The position numbers were made by a program, and so were the translations under genes. The notes beneath the pieces are model-generated. The model had not been told where the DNA came from. It saw nothing but the letters and a program-made list of their open reading frames with translations, and made no database searches. A stretch of 62,861 nucleotides of DNA, filler included, from Sphacelaria rigidula (taxonomy: Eukaryota): NCBI GenBank assembly GCA_964200075.2. It is 10 parts of 10 records of this genome, joined end to end, with 100 filler letters (N's around TTAATTAATTAA, not from the genome) between each part and the next. Parts side by side here need not be neighbours in the genome. Positions count along the whole stretch, not along the records: positions 1 to 6,197 come from CAXNAA020021588.1; positions 6,298 to 12,494 come from CAXNAA020021589.1; positions 12,595 to 18,790 come from CAXNAA020021590.1; 7 more parts are not named here. One strand, 5' to 3'. This document shows positions 1-12,995 of this stretch, in pieces; position 1 is the stretch's first letter; every line of letters begins with the position of its first letter.

Positions 1-1112
1 CACGGGAACGATCCCATTTCCCATTCCCGTGGAAATACCGCGGTATTTTTCCCGCGGGAATATTCCCGAGAGGAGCCTTGGTAATTTTGATCCGAGAAAT
101 GTTCTGAAATGTTCCCTCGTCAATAACTCGCGAGAAGAAAAAAATATCACGGAGAAAATAATAAGTCTTTGCACACACGTCCGGTATATCGTGTCAAAAA
201 TTCATCGCAAGCGACTCAAAATTGAGCTCAGGAACCAACGAAAATCCAATTTCAGCCGTTTTTTTGCTGGTTCCGCCGCACATGGTACCGTCAACTCTCT
301 ACACTTCGCACTTGACTACAGTTTGGTAATTCGTTTGGTGAGACCTTGTCGGATCCCAGTGCTACATGGATTTGAAGACGCGCGCTGGTTTGCCAATTAC
401 CACGATATGTCAATAGTAGGCACAGGACGCGATACATCGTCAGTTGGAACGGGCTGGAGGAAACTAAGCTTCTTGAACGGCCCAGCCTGTAGTGATCAAT
501 AATCCATGGACCGAATCCAAGTGCAGACTTTCAAAATGTAGGAAGCTACTTGGTGTACTCTAACCCCGGTACCGGTGAGGCGCGTATGTGTGGCGTCGTA
601 CGAATGCACATAAAGCTTCATCGCCTATCGATCAAATGTGACTGCAGGCTTCCGAGATGTGCGAATTTATAGTAGTCTGTGTAGCGTAGCCTTCGAATCA
701 GCAAGCTGGGTGCGTATGCATGATGTCATACAAGCGGACTTGAATAATAGATGGTCCATCGATCGAATGCCAGTGCGGGATTTCGGGAGATGAGGATCTA
801 GTCCACGTACCGTGACCTCGTGCCAATGCAGGCTGTCGGGAGATGGATATCTAGTTGGCTGTTTTGAAATCACACTCCGGACAATGAACACAATGATAGT
901 CCATTGCTTTAGCAATAGACACGGGGGGGAAACCTATATATATATATATATATATTATCGAATACGATAGATGGTGAAACACATCTATTGATAGTATGCA
1001 AGTGACAAGAGATGTTGCAATAGTCGATCGATAGCCTATGGCAACTATACTGGTTGAAGATCACTCGGCATCGATGGAAATCGTGTATCGCAATAGATTC
1101 TGGGGTGTATAT

Positions 1113-1620
1113 ATCGATAGCCATTGCCGTACTCAATAGGTGTGGTGAGCCATTCATCGATATTCATTGCCGTTATCAAGAGATTTGGTGAGCCATCTAT
1201 CGATAGCCATTGCCGTCATCAAGAGATTTGGTGAGCCGTCTGTCGGTAACCTCTACCGCCAACGATAGGTTTTGATGAATATATTGCTCACTGCAGTGGT
1301 CTGATGACATCAACGGCAATACTCCTCACACATGAACAGGCAACTACCTGAGGCTATAGCTGGCCATAGCTCGTGTGAAGTAAGGTGGAAACATCCACCG
1401 AAAAATGTGCTTAGATAGCTAGTGACCGACGTCATTCAGCTACTTTTGTGGTCAGCGATATACATTGGTGGCCTCGATTCAGATTGCATGGTGACCAGCG
1501 ATATACGTTGGTGGCCGCGATTCAGATGATATTGTGACCCTCAATAGACATCGGTGGGCGCAATTCAGATCCTGTTGTGATTCGCAATAGACATTGGTGA
1601 CCGCTATTCAGAGCCCATTG
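1113..1620. repeat. Two related 43-bp-period minisatellite blocks within an ATCGATAG-rich region
   Basis: Units start at 1113/1156/1199/1242 (atcgatagccattgccgtcatcaagagatttggtgagccatct) and 1454/1497/1540/1583 (agcgatatacattggtggccgcgattcaga...). Degenerate units recur at about 2320-2440. Confidence 0.8.
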
Positions 1621-4600
1621 CAACAAATAATATGTATCGATAAAAAATTTGGCCCCTCCACTGTCACGGCAATGATGCATTATGTCCCTTGTCCTGAATC
1701 TATTGTCGCCTACAACAGCTATCGATAGACATTGATGCCAGTCGATTACGGCTGACAATGGACATTGGCAGTCAAGTTTTCGGGGCTATTGCAGCGCCAA
1801 TGTTCCATTACATGGTCTATTGTCCAGGGTATAAGCATATCTCACCCACACACAAGAGTACTGTAGGCGCACACGTCCATCAGAGGGACAACCAGAAGTA
1901 CCCACACCACACCGACAACAAAACTGGTAAACTTTTGTCCACACAAATTGCGGGTTCCTACAAAATACAAGCGTTCACCAAAATTGTAGAAACGTGACGT
2001 CATATTGATTGTCACACTTTGACTGACCCCCCAGGGGTCCAGCCATGATCTCATGTATTCACAAGTAGTATCATTATGTGCTCACTGCATGTCCACCTGC
2101 GACTTCTCCACTGTACTTCAACGTAGTACAGTATGCTCTATACGTGGTATGTTGCGATGTCGGTGTGGCAATAGACGACATGGAAAATCTGTCGGTAGGC
2201 ATTGTATACCGTAGTAGATTCTGGTATGCATCTATCGATATTCATTGATGGCATGCATACATGTTGTACCCAAGCTATCAAAAGCGATTGCCATCATGAA
2301 TAGATCGGCATACAATCTGTCAATAGCCATCGTCGTCATCAATATTTTTGGGACACGGTATGTCGATGGCCATTGCCATTATGCATGGATTTTGAAAACT
2401 ATAGATCGATACATTTGGTCGGCCGCAATTGATTTCGGTGTAGGGGCACAACAGGCTGCTGCCCGGACAAGAGTGTGGAAAACGGGTCTTGCGATAAACA
2501 TTGCCGACAACAACAGGAAGAGAAATTGCCGATCGAAAATTGGCATCTACTGCAGCAGGTTCTATTGCTACTGGAATAGATGCCGTCTTTTGTTCAGGGT
2601 GTGTTTGAATAGGATCATCACAAAACTTTTCTCCTGTCCAGCCTATCTTTCGTCTTTTCTATGCTGTGCCATCTCAAATATCCTGCTGTCTCAAACCCGT
2701 GCACCATGTGGCCCCGTAGGAGTCTGAGTACTGCAGCAATCGGCACGTGATCGCCGGGCGAGCTGAGCAAGCTCAGCAGTGCAACAGGGCTGGTTGCTTC
2801 AGGTGAGAGGGGAACTTGATGTCCTGTTTCTCGCGTCGTTTTGTCTCCGCCGTTTTCAAAGGAAAATAAGGAGGGGAAGAGTCCTGCGTACCGTAGAATA
2901 CGATGTATACGACCCCCGCGTGATATCATTGTAGGGTCCTTGTCGTTTTCACCCGGAGGTGGTATGCGGGGGTGTTATACTACTTCCCCCGATAGAGTAC
3001 TTCAGATACCGACATGTTGAGCCCAATAGAAATCGACAGGCTGCGGCAGTGCGGGGCCAATACTCGGAAGGTAATAAATTGCCGGGCAAGGAACCATGGG
3101 ATGGATTTGAGTGATTGATTCGTTGTACATGAACAAGTAATGTGCTGTTATAGGAATCCAGTCGCGGTGGCAAGTTGGACGGATGTACCCACAAGGTGGA
3201 GAAACGGAAACTTAAGCTCTTTGAATTGCGAACCTGTCCTGTGGCACAGAAGGGAGGCTTAAAGTATGGCCGAGAAAGGAAACGAACGGGTTAGAAGTTG
3301 CTGTGATTTTTCGCTATTTTGAGCACACCGACGTCGGTTTGGAAAGGGAGAGAGACGAATAAGCACTTTTATTTTAGTAACACCCCGTTTTGATGAAATA
3401 TCGTTGATGAGGGGGCAATGTAAGTGGCAAGTACAGTATAGTTGATCTGTACTCCGCAGAGCGTCCGCTGAATGCACACTGAAATCCGTGTGTTTGGTCT
3501 GTTCTGGTTGAATATGATTTTTGTCACATGCGTACGCATGTACAGTGATGGTGCTATTTTCACTCACGTTTCGACGTGGCTGTCGTTTGTAGAAGCCGAC
3601 AAATACGCCATACGTATGTCGCCACGCCTCGGTGGTCGAATGGGTACTTCACCGGCCAGTTTGGGCGGAGTAGAAGTGGTGGTGGTGGATTCAAATCCCG
3701 ACAGTCGATGGGAAGATGGTCCGGAGTGGACGAAGCAATGGTGTCGATAGTCCTGTACGAATTAAAGCACAAACTCCATCACCAGCAGCTGTCGTGTCCC
3801 TGAGATCGAATGTGTACTGCGACGCATGTCAGGGCTACTGGGAGACCAAAGGGGCTTCAGTCCCCGAGCAGGATTCTCCGCTGGCCCACCACCTTCATTA
3901 CCCCGACCTTACATGCAAGGTGGTAGGAGGGCGATGTTGATTTTCAGAGAGTACCTGAGAGTACGGTATAGTGGTTCGTTCGATGCAGCTTGGAGAAGCG
4001 TACGATGTGTGAGGTGGTGCATGACCGGTTACGAATCGACCCACACACTCGGGCCTAAAATATAAAGGTGCGCTTGTATATATTTATTCTGCGAAGCCCC
4101 GTAGGGTGTACGAGCGCGCTCGTGTTTGTGTCGATGGTGGGTACGAGTCGTCGAGGAGGGTTCGAGTCGAAGCTCCATGTCTAACCTAGCTCGAACAGTC
4201 GTCTGTGCGTCCTGCTGTGCCGACGATGTTGTGTACACCTTCAGCTGTTTTATGTGCTGGCATTCAAGGTTCGACAACGGCGAAATCGTGCAATATATGT
4301 ATAAATGTATACTTGGGAGTACAATATATGCACACACAAAATCTAAATTGAAGACGTGAATACACGCCTGGTAGGAGGGTACTCGGACTACTTTACTTAG
4401 CCTCCGAAAGTTGCACGCGTCAGGAGTTGACTCTTTGGAGTATGTTCTTGTATTGGTTTGATTCATATATGAAAGATGGTCCTCATTCGTCGCCGAAGCC
4501 ACAAGTCTGGCTTTTTTTTTACCCCTTGACTTACAAGGAAAGAAAGAGTGAGGGCAAAGGATATAGATATGTTGCAGTTTATGTCGAAAGCTGTTGGTTT

Positions 4601-5396
4601 CCCTGAAGAGCTACTGAGGTGATGTTGTCGGGCAATCCGTTTTGGTCCGCGTTACAACAACGACCACAGCAACCAGCGAAGCAGTGCCTACAGTACACCC
4701 AAACTAAGAAACAGTACATGATACGGTACGACAGACTTGAATCTATTCGTTCCCTTTGCAGTGCTCGACGAAAAAGGGGAGTTCATGAACGACGGAGAAG
4801 GAAATAAGATTTTGGAACCCAGACAACGCTCGAGTGTGAAATCAGCCCCCTTTGGGCAGGGGAGAGGCGCAGCGAGGACAAAGGTTATGTAGCATCTCAT
4901 TACAGCGTAGCAATAAGGAGGAGACACGATAAACTGAAAATGACCGGGGAGCCCATCACAGTCTGCCCGTCAAAAGCCCCAAGATTTTTGTTCCGAGACT
5001 TGGTCCGCCGACGGTCCCGCTAGTTTTTGGAGAATGATTTCTTTAGGCGCAGATGGACGCTGCAAGGATCTGGGCGCTTGCGTGGTGGGAGTATTGCAAA
5101 AAAAAAAAATTGCGATATCGATGCACCCGCAGTCATTCAGACATCCTGGGGAATTACAGTACAGAAAAGGGTAGAGTATGATGAAAGGTCACGGTTTGCA
5201 ATTTGTGCTATGAATGAAGCCCGTGGCTCATAGGTGCGTATGATTTCGTCATCATTTACATTACTCAATATCAACGTATTAGGATAGATCCATTCTGTAC
5301 CCGATTCTGTCAGCACAGCCGCATGTACGTACAGAGGAACAAAGACAAGTGCAATTGGGTGTATCGTTTTCCACCACACCCGACCCTTCTCGGCAG

Positions 5397-5604
5397 AACC
5401 GCATGGATCGACGAGAGCACGGGCCATCCGTTGGACTTCTGCGGCAGCAAATGCGCCGTAAAGGCCGGCGTAGGAGGGTTCGAGGGTTACTCGCGGTGCA
5501 GCCTGCCCGGTTGCGTACAGCGTTCGATGGCCGATCCATCGACCGGTCGAGATCTGGGGTACTGCTGTGAGGAACACCGTTTGCGTGCGACTCAGCGCCA
5601 CTTG
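5397..5604 (+). CDS. Internal exon encoding tandem Cys/His zinc-binding-like repeats; product unknown
   Basis: Pyrimidine tract plus cag acceptor at 5396 and gtgagt donor at 5605. Translation TAWIDESTGHPLDFCGSKC...CSLPGCVQRSMADPSTGRDLGYCCEEHRLR has two copies of D-x-STG-x2-L-x-[FY]C-x3-[CH]. Confidence 0.7.
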
Positions 5605-5684
5605 GTGAGTACAGTGAAATTTAGTGTAGACTGTAATGGGGTGTTTTACTTTTATATCTCCCCCCCCCCCCTACAAGACCAAAT

Positions 5685-6197
5685 GTAGAGACGTCGAAAC
5701 GGGAGGATAGAGGCTCGACAGAAGTGCAGAGAGAGTTTACTAGAAATGAAGTAAAGGAGTGCGTAGCTAAACTCAAGACGAGAAAGGCAGCAGGGGCAGA
5801 CGGAATAGTGAAGGGAATTCTAAAATACGGGAGGGAATGAATGATTGCCATGATAGTCATGCTGTACAACTGGATCTGGGAAAACGAGTACACACCCAAG
5901 AGGTGGAGAGAAAGAGTCGTCAATCTTTAAAAATAAAGGGACAGGGCTAACCCAGGAAACTGTAGAGGAATAACGCTATTGAGCACAGTAGGAAAAAAAA
6001 TCTGTAAGGTTCTGACCGATAGAGTAGGAACGATGCTAGAAAAGGAAGACAAACTCAGCGAGGCACGAGCAGGTTTCAGACCAAACCGTAGTTGCGTAGA
6101 CCATGTGGACACACCAAGTAAGATTGTTCAGGGTAGGAAAGACACCGGGCAGACAGCGTACTGTTTCTTTCTAGACGTGCAAAAGGCTTATGACACA
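5685..6197 (+). mobile_element. LINE (non-LTR) reverse transcriptase fragment, disrupted, intronic, cut by the scaffold end
   Basis: Translates to FTRNEVKECVAKLKTRKAAGADGI...NCRGITLLSTVGK...AGFRPNRSCVDH...CFFLDVQKAYDT, matching RT domains 0-3 of APE-type LINEs. Contains stop codons and a frameshift. Confidence 0.92.
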
Positions 6198-6297
6198 NNN
6201 NNNNNNNNNNNNNNNNNNNNNNNNNNNNNNNNNNNNNNNNNTTAATTAATTAANNNNNNNNNNNNNNNNNNNNNNNNNNNNNNNNNNNNNNNNNNNN
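6198..6297. other. Artificial scaffold linker N44-TTAATTAATTAA-N44 (first of nine)
   Basis: Equivalent 100-bp linkers at 6198, 12495, 18791, 25087, 31383, 37679, 43975, 50271 and 56567. TTAATTAATTAA gives stops in all six frames. Confidence 0.98.
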
Positions 6298-6484
6298 TTG
6301 TACCGCTGAACTGAGTCATGGGGATTCCTTCATCACTAGTCAACTTATTATACGAAAAACATGTAATTTCCTGACGAATCATTTTTTGTCCTAACCGTGA
6401 AAACTTTGGAGATATCGCGATGGTCCAAGAGGCGACCTAAAGAATGGTACGTAAGCAATGGTTGGTACAATGGAGATGCGGACA

Positions 6485-6570
6485 ACTCTAACGCTAACGC
6501 TAACCCTAACCCTAACCCTAACCCCGACCAAGGCATACCGAGAACCCTCGGGCAAAGGGGTTGCAAGGTG
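6485..6570 (+). repeat. Dispersed repeat with (CCCTAA)n followed by a ccaaggcataccgagaaccctcgggcaa core, copy 1
   Basis: The same core occurs at 7229-7356, 9360-9445 (diverged) and 49470-49590 (reverse strand). This copy is cut by the TTAA MITE at 6575. Confidence 0.75.
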
Positions 6571-6574
6571 TTAA

Positions 6575-6772
6575 CCCTTCGACCGCGAGCGTAGTTCACT
6601 TCCTGAATCGGCATCAATTCCACTTGAAGGAGTATGAGTGGTCCAGATACTGTAGACTACCCGCATCGCGATTAACCCTTAGACCGCGAGATTAGTCTTC
6701 CAGGACCATGCATACTTTTTTCACTTGAAATTGATCCCGATTCAACAGAAGACTACCCTCGCGGTCCAAGGG
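6575..6772. mobile_element. piggyBac-type MITE (TTAA target, CCCT...AGGG termini)
   Basis: ttaa|cccttcgaccgcgag ... ctcgcggtccaaggg|ttaa, with imperfect inverted similarity over about 50 bp. A second left end, ttaa|cccttagaccgcgag, lies internally at 6672. Confidence 0.8.
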
Positions 6773-7228
6773 TTAAAATGCGCGCTGCCAGAGTTCAAAT
6801 CGGCGCCTTGGAGCCGATTTTGGACCAAAACATTTTCTGAAGGAACTGGGCCTACTGGACGGGTTTCAAGGTTACTCACCAAGCTTCGCCCATGCCCCTC
6901 CAGTTCATCCGGATGCACCCGGCCTCTTTGGCCGCGATCCAGCATAATGTCAATTCCCCCGCTGAGCGCAGTGTTCTCAAAATATGTCCCACTCCTGCAG
7001 AAGTCCTCTGCAGCGGGGCGCTGCGGAGTGGTTCTGCTTCCCTCGCCTCCTGCAGGATACATCACATGCAAGGAGACCGAGCTCAAGGTCACAAACGAGA
7101 AGATGGTGTGAACAACCGTGCTGAGCTCCCTGCATTTCACATTTGGTCTGCAGACGATACACAGTTTCGCGACAGATTGCTGTACCATCTGAGGTTAGCT
7201 TCCCACTCGGTAAGTTAGCTTAGACCAC

Positions 7229-7356
7229 TTGGGAGGTATCGGAAGTTCTTCGGAAATTATTTCCGATTTCGAATAACCCTAACCCTAACGCTAACCTCAA
7301 CGAAGGCATGCCGAGAACCCTTGAGCAAGGGGGGTGCAAAGTGTTTCCCAGGCAAA
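7229..7356 (+). repeat. Telomere-repeat-containing dispersed element, copy 2
   Basis: aaccctaaccctaacgctaacc...ggcatgccgagaacccttgagcaag...cccaggcaaa; collinear with the reverse complement of 49470-49590. Confidence 0.75.
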
Positions 7357-10300
7357 ATGTGCGTTGCCACATCTTACTCAGAGAAGAAAGCGTTCAGCGC
7401 ACAGTGCACGCTATTGTGGGAGCACAGCATTCCCATTAAAGATCCGGATTTCCATGACACAAAAATCCAATACCTACTCGTACCAAGTGAGAAACTCTTC
7501 TGTACCTCTATAGTGAAACAGCGGTGCGTGAGGTGAAATCATCAGTTTTGTTCTCCCGCCTGGATGCGTACCAGTTAGTGGCGTCCGACGTGTCCACGTA
7601 CGCACGAGGTGAAATAGAAAGAAAAGCGCACAGCATAAACGAGAAAATCATGCTGAGTCGACCAATACATTACCCTCTGTGATCGCCAAATGGATAAGTC
7701 AGCGATCCCGGAGGTGGCGATCGTGCATCTGCACTGATGGTGCAGATAAAGACGCAGGCTTCGCAGCAAAATCGTGTCGACGTGTCTTGAACGTCCCAGC
7801 GCCGCACTCCCTTTACGGGGCAACGGCCAAACACGAAAGTCACGCCAGTCCCGGCTGAATTTGGGTGCAACGTAACGGAGATCTCAGAATGCACAATTCA
7901 GACAGTCCTTGTACCATATACTGTTCGAACAATTCATTGGTGAGGCGCTACTTTGTGAAATCGGATACCTTCGGGGGTGACATGAACAGCAAGGCGGCAC
8001 AGGTCGAGCTTTCGAGTTTTAACGTCAAAGACCAGGGAGCGGCACCGCTGTTCACGAACCCCCATGGCAGGAACAACCAGTTAGAGCTAACTACTAAGGC
8101 CTATATCCGCCACGCAAAAGTAGCTCACACAGGGTGCACTTCGCGAAATGGTTCGCGCCGGCGCTGGGAAAAGCGGGCATGAAAGAGAATGGGCGACCTG
8201 CAGATAGTGCAATGGTCGGTCTGCTACGGTACAACAACCACGTCTCGATCATTACATACACATAGTACAGATCCAAATAAGAATTATGTGCATCCAAAGA
8301 ACACCAGAAGTCCACACTCGACCCAGTCAAGATATACTGTAGGACCGTCATTCTCTATACTAGGCACGTCGAACTCGAGGTTCCCGGTATATTTGACAGT
8401 AATTTCCCACTGCATACAATACATGAGGAAACCTCGAGTTTTGGAAACCCCAAACAATTTCTGCACTAGGGCGAGTTATCTCGGGCATTCGAGCAGCCAA
8501 AAACTTGTCGAGAAACACGAGATATCCTGTCACTATGCTCCGAATGCCGAAGCCACCATACGAGCTGTTTGTGGTGTACGAAGAAAGGACGCGGCTCCTG
8601 GCCGTAAGACAAATATGTATGGACGTCTTTCGAACCATCACCCACCACCCCCGCTGCATTTTCGGCAATAGGAGAGAAATGATGTGCACGTACCGCATGC
8701 CGAATGACCGAGCATCTTTCCTCAAACCAAGCTTGCTTGTCCCGCGTCCGGGCGTATAGGATGCAAAATACAAGTAGAGCAGATAGAAAGACTCCAGCAA
8801 CAGGGCACAACACGGCTTTGAAAGAACGATGCCGTACCTTGTCGAAGGGGCACACCAATCAAGGACGTGAACAGGGCAGCACACGCCGAAAATCTGATGA
8901 AAATACCAAACGACACACTCCTCGTCACGGGGCTACGAAAAGTTTGGAACACGTACTCACAGACTCTAGTTCTCTTGGACACCTTCAGGACCTAGGATGA
9001 TGAAGTAGACGAGAGGTTCCTGTCCACACATGAAATCATTAGAGCTGTCCACGTCCGAGCCACGGTGCGCGGTAGTACTATCTTCAGTGCGCTGTACTCT
9101 ATTGGACTGGACTGCACAACTGTCAACCGTCTGTACCATTCGAACTCTCAAAAGAAACTAGTCGGAGTTTATATTCGTATAAAGGAACATTGCCACTTGG
9201 AAACGGACAACAGTTACATCATAGGTAGTTGGTTGAAGACTCAAGACACAGAGATCCGGAGTAATAGGGTGGTACCACAGCGACTGGCTCGCAGCGATTT
9301 TCCCACGGTTCAAAGACAAAATACGATGGTTGACACCTACTACAGTATCCTGTTTCCGCCCACCCTAATCCTAACCTTCGCCGAAACCCCAACCCAAGGC
9401 AAACCGGGCACTCTCAGGCAAGGAGGGCACTTAGCGCGTCCCAGGGGCCGCTTTCAACAATAATGCGTGCTGGTCATCACGCTCCGCGCACGCTGGGCGG
9501 GTGCTTGGGATCGTGAGTCGAGATTGAAACCGTACAGGCAGTGTACACATTCAACCACCGGCAAAACAGAAGCTTGCAACCTCTGGTTGTCCGCTAGGAA
9601 CGGCCAGTATCAGTCGCAATGAGAGAGCACCGAGGGATTGTCTTTCAAGAGCGGTGTTTCTTTTGCACGGGACGTAATGCCAAACAGGCCCGAAATCTCG
9701 AAAAGGTAAGGTGGTGTAACTGGAACACGTAACTGAAACGTGAAACGCGCACACTCATACAACCGCCACCGAGTCTAAACAAACACGCACAGACACCCGC
9801 CCTACAATGACATTGCTCCTAGCGATATATATGTTGCTCATCTCCCAACAGTGGTGTTTGCTCACGGCAATTCACTCTGTGTTACTTTCAAGGGAGACAT
9901 ATTGCTCAAGATTTAACCGTTGACTGTTTGCGTCAGTATTATCGTATAAACTGCTGTGTGTGGTGGCGAACCACCAAAAATGATATCCAATGTGGCCATC
10001 GGCTACGGCTTGATTCATGTGCTGTTATTCTCATCGCTATTATTGCAGTGGCGCCTATTCTCAGAAAGAGACAGAATGATCATAGGTTTCTATGTCTTTG
10101 TGCCCCAGGTGTGGGCTGTGTGACAAGCAAGCGCCTTGAAAGGCGTATGCGTAGCAAAGCAAGTTTGGCGAACAGCCCAACCTCCTTTCCGAGGATTCCA
10201 GGGATGCCCGTCAGCCGTCATCTGACGGCGATCCATTGACATCACAGTAATACCACATCATTAGTCATGAGTCATGCGCACCGCCGACTTGGGCACTTGT

Positions 10301-11095
10301 TGTGTGGGAATTTCAAGGCTGGCATGTGATGACTCAATGATGCATCGATAGGATACAACCTCAAATCCAAATAATACCGTATCAGGCCGATTCCCGAACC
10401 TGCATCTCTTCATGATTCAAAAGTCACTCCTGACATATTCCAGGAAAATAAAAATAGACCCGTTTCTCTCAAACAAACTACCTCCTCCTCCTGCTTTTGG
10501 TGCTTGGGGGAGAAGGCGGAAGTGGTATCTTGTCGACAAAACGCCAGCCATCTGGGTCCTGCGATAATATTTGAAGTGAAGGATGTTCCGATTTAACAGA
10601 TTACTCACTCACCTGGGATCAAAAGGCGGGCACTTTTTTTCGCTGCCTGAATAAAACGATATTATGTCCACCGCTTATTTACATACTATAATACAATGTT
10701 CATGAGATTAGGAACGTTTTAATTTTATCGGAAAGAACGGGAAATTTTTCGTGATAGTGTGTCTTCGGGCGTGTCTCAGCACATCTATCTGTTGAATCGG
10801 CATCAATTTCAAGTGAAAAATCTGTGCTCGCCGACCACCGCCAGTTTGCCCAATAATCTGTGGATCGGAAAGCACAGATTTTTGCGCACGATTTTTTTTT
10901 CAGCGGCCAATCTCGAAACCTCGGAGCCAAGCGAATCTGAAAAGCAGACTAGGCTCCTCCCTGTGGGGTGATGCGAAGTCTCCGAGACGTGTGTTGGCGG
11001 CTTTCTTGGTTCGGGGGTCAAAGGGTGGGTCAAACGTCCCAAAAGTAAACAATCCGTGGGCCACAAATCTGTTTGCCATAACATCCATCCGGCCT

Positions 11096-11262
11096 AAATG
11101 CAAGGGTAAATGCAAATGCAAGTGCAAATGCAGGTGCAAAAGCAAAAGCAAAAGCAAAAGCAACTGCAAATGCAACTGCAACTGCAACTGCAAACGCAAC
11201 TGCGACTGAAAATGCAACTGCAACGGCAACTGCAATTGCAAAAGCAACCGCAAAAGCAAATG
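11096..11262. repeat. Compound hexamer microsatellite (TGCAAA/AGCAAA/TGCAAC)n
   Basis: Read directly. It produces spurious poly-CK, poly-QL and poly-HL ORFs. Confidence 0.95.
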
Positions 11263-12791
11263 AAAGTCGGTCGGGTCGGTCAATCGATCGCTCATTCTAT
11301 CCTACCGAGGTGTTAGACCTATGCAATGGGCATTCGTGTACGCAGGGCTCGGATTGCGTCGCATGGGCATATCATAAAATGCCGATAAGAGCTCCTTCAA
11401 GATTGAAGAACCTGGGCATGCGGCGTACGATCTTCTCCAAAGCAGCATAATTTCCGCTGTTCTGTCGTACTACATTCCGGGGCAGAAAGGGACGGATCCT
11501 CCCCAGCACGGCAAACACAAACACACACAAACACAGACACGCAGAAACACACAACATTCATTTCAGATTGCAAATATCTTAGGAGGCTCGGAGTGTCCCA
11601 AAAAAGGATTCCCCCCTCTTCGCCCCCCCCTCCCGTCCAGTGTGGTATCTCCCAACTTTTTTTCGATGAGTTTTATTTTAGTTCATTCTGCACTCTGATC
11701 CTGCTGAAATGACGGAAAAAAAAACGTTCTCCCAAACTCTCTATTGATAGATCGATTTGTCACACATCATCTGGCTCCCGACGAATGCAGACTATTATAG
11801 GCCAGTCATTGGATATACGAACCCAAAAACATGTGGTACCAACAACACTATTATACCACACAACAAAATATTTCACACACACACGTCGGAAAGCTTACGA
11901 TGAGAGTGATGCTACGGCAGGGGTACACAAATATTTTCTGAGGTTAGAATTGTTAGAAGCCCTTTATCTTATCCAAAATACGACGTATGAAAATATGCGA
12001 GAGTACGCCAGGATTACTATTCCGATGTGCTGGGGATATCCCGAATGAATCTGCAAACGGGGATGCCCTGGCGCATATTCTTGTGCGTCTAGAATCGTTA
12101 GGAGCCCCTGAACCAGACGAAATTTCGCGAAGAAAGTGCACCCCTACCGTAGCATTGCTCAGGAGCTGACTGAAATTACCAACCGACGAGAACTCTCAGA
12201 CCCGTTGTCCAAAAACACAGAATACGTGACCGCGGGGTCAGAGAAGCCAAAGCGATACCTTTGCGCTACTCCGCGTGCTGGGCATCCAGCGCTGTAGGGG
12301 GGAAATATGAGAAAGGGGGTCAAACGAGGTAGCTCATGATCCGATTCAGTACGGCAATAAAAAGTAATACTCAGGTAGCTCATGAGCTGTCCATCGTGTG
12401 CAGTATTTCACGGTTAGGACGAATCATCACGACTACGAATCGCCAAATCCACGATTTCTTCGGCCTGATTGCTCAAAAGGGAGAAAAAAGTTGANNNNNN
12501 NNNNNNNNNNNNNNNNNNNNNNNNNNNNNNNNNNNNNNTTAATTAATTAANNNNNNNNNNNNNNNNNNNNNNNNNNNNNNNNNNNNNNNNNNNNGGAGGA
12601 GGGAGGAGAGGGGATGGGAGGGGGGGGGGGGGGCTCGAATATAATGAAGACGAACTTCGGAGCTTGATTCTTGTACATGTGCAGATATATATGTATATGA
12701 ACTTGAAGGTTTTCAGGTTCAAGATCATCCAAGAGCTCACCACAATTATTTGCTCGTCGGATTGCTGACTCCTCCACTCAAGTCGTTCATC

Positions 12792-12995
12792 ACGAGCAAT
12801 GACTCAAGCGCTCGTCCTTTTAACTTTTTCCACGACGCGCGATTGACTTGAGTACTCGCCTTTTTAATTTTCTCCACAACGAGCAATCGCTTGAGTACTC
12901 GCCCTATGAACTTTTTTCCACAATGAGCAATGACTCGAGTGCTCGCCGAACTATTTTTCCACAACGAGCAATCAATAACTCGTGTGCTCGAGTCA
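12792..12995. repeat. Five-unit tandem array, 41-44 bp period
   Basis: Units start at 12792, 12835, 12879, 12923 and 12964. Consensus is roughly acgagcaatgactcgagtrctcgcc...ttttccaca. Confidence 0.85.

Noticed and set aside
1..80. CCCG(T/C)GG-rich dyad cluster
   Set aside because: Probably the subterminal end of a TIR element cut by the scaffold start; too little sequence to classify.
1113..1620. CRISPR-like array
   Set aside because: The whole 43-bp units are homologous, there are no unique spacers or cas genes, and the context is eukaryotic.
6242..6253. Regularly spaced TTAATTAATTAA as a biological repeat
   Set aside because: It is embedded in fixed N-runs and is an assembly linker.
10900..11316. 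Cys/Lys- or Gln/Leu-rich small proteins
   Set aside because: These are translations of a hexamer microsatellite.
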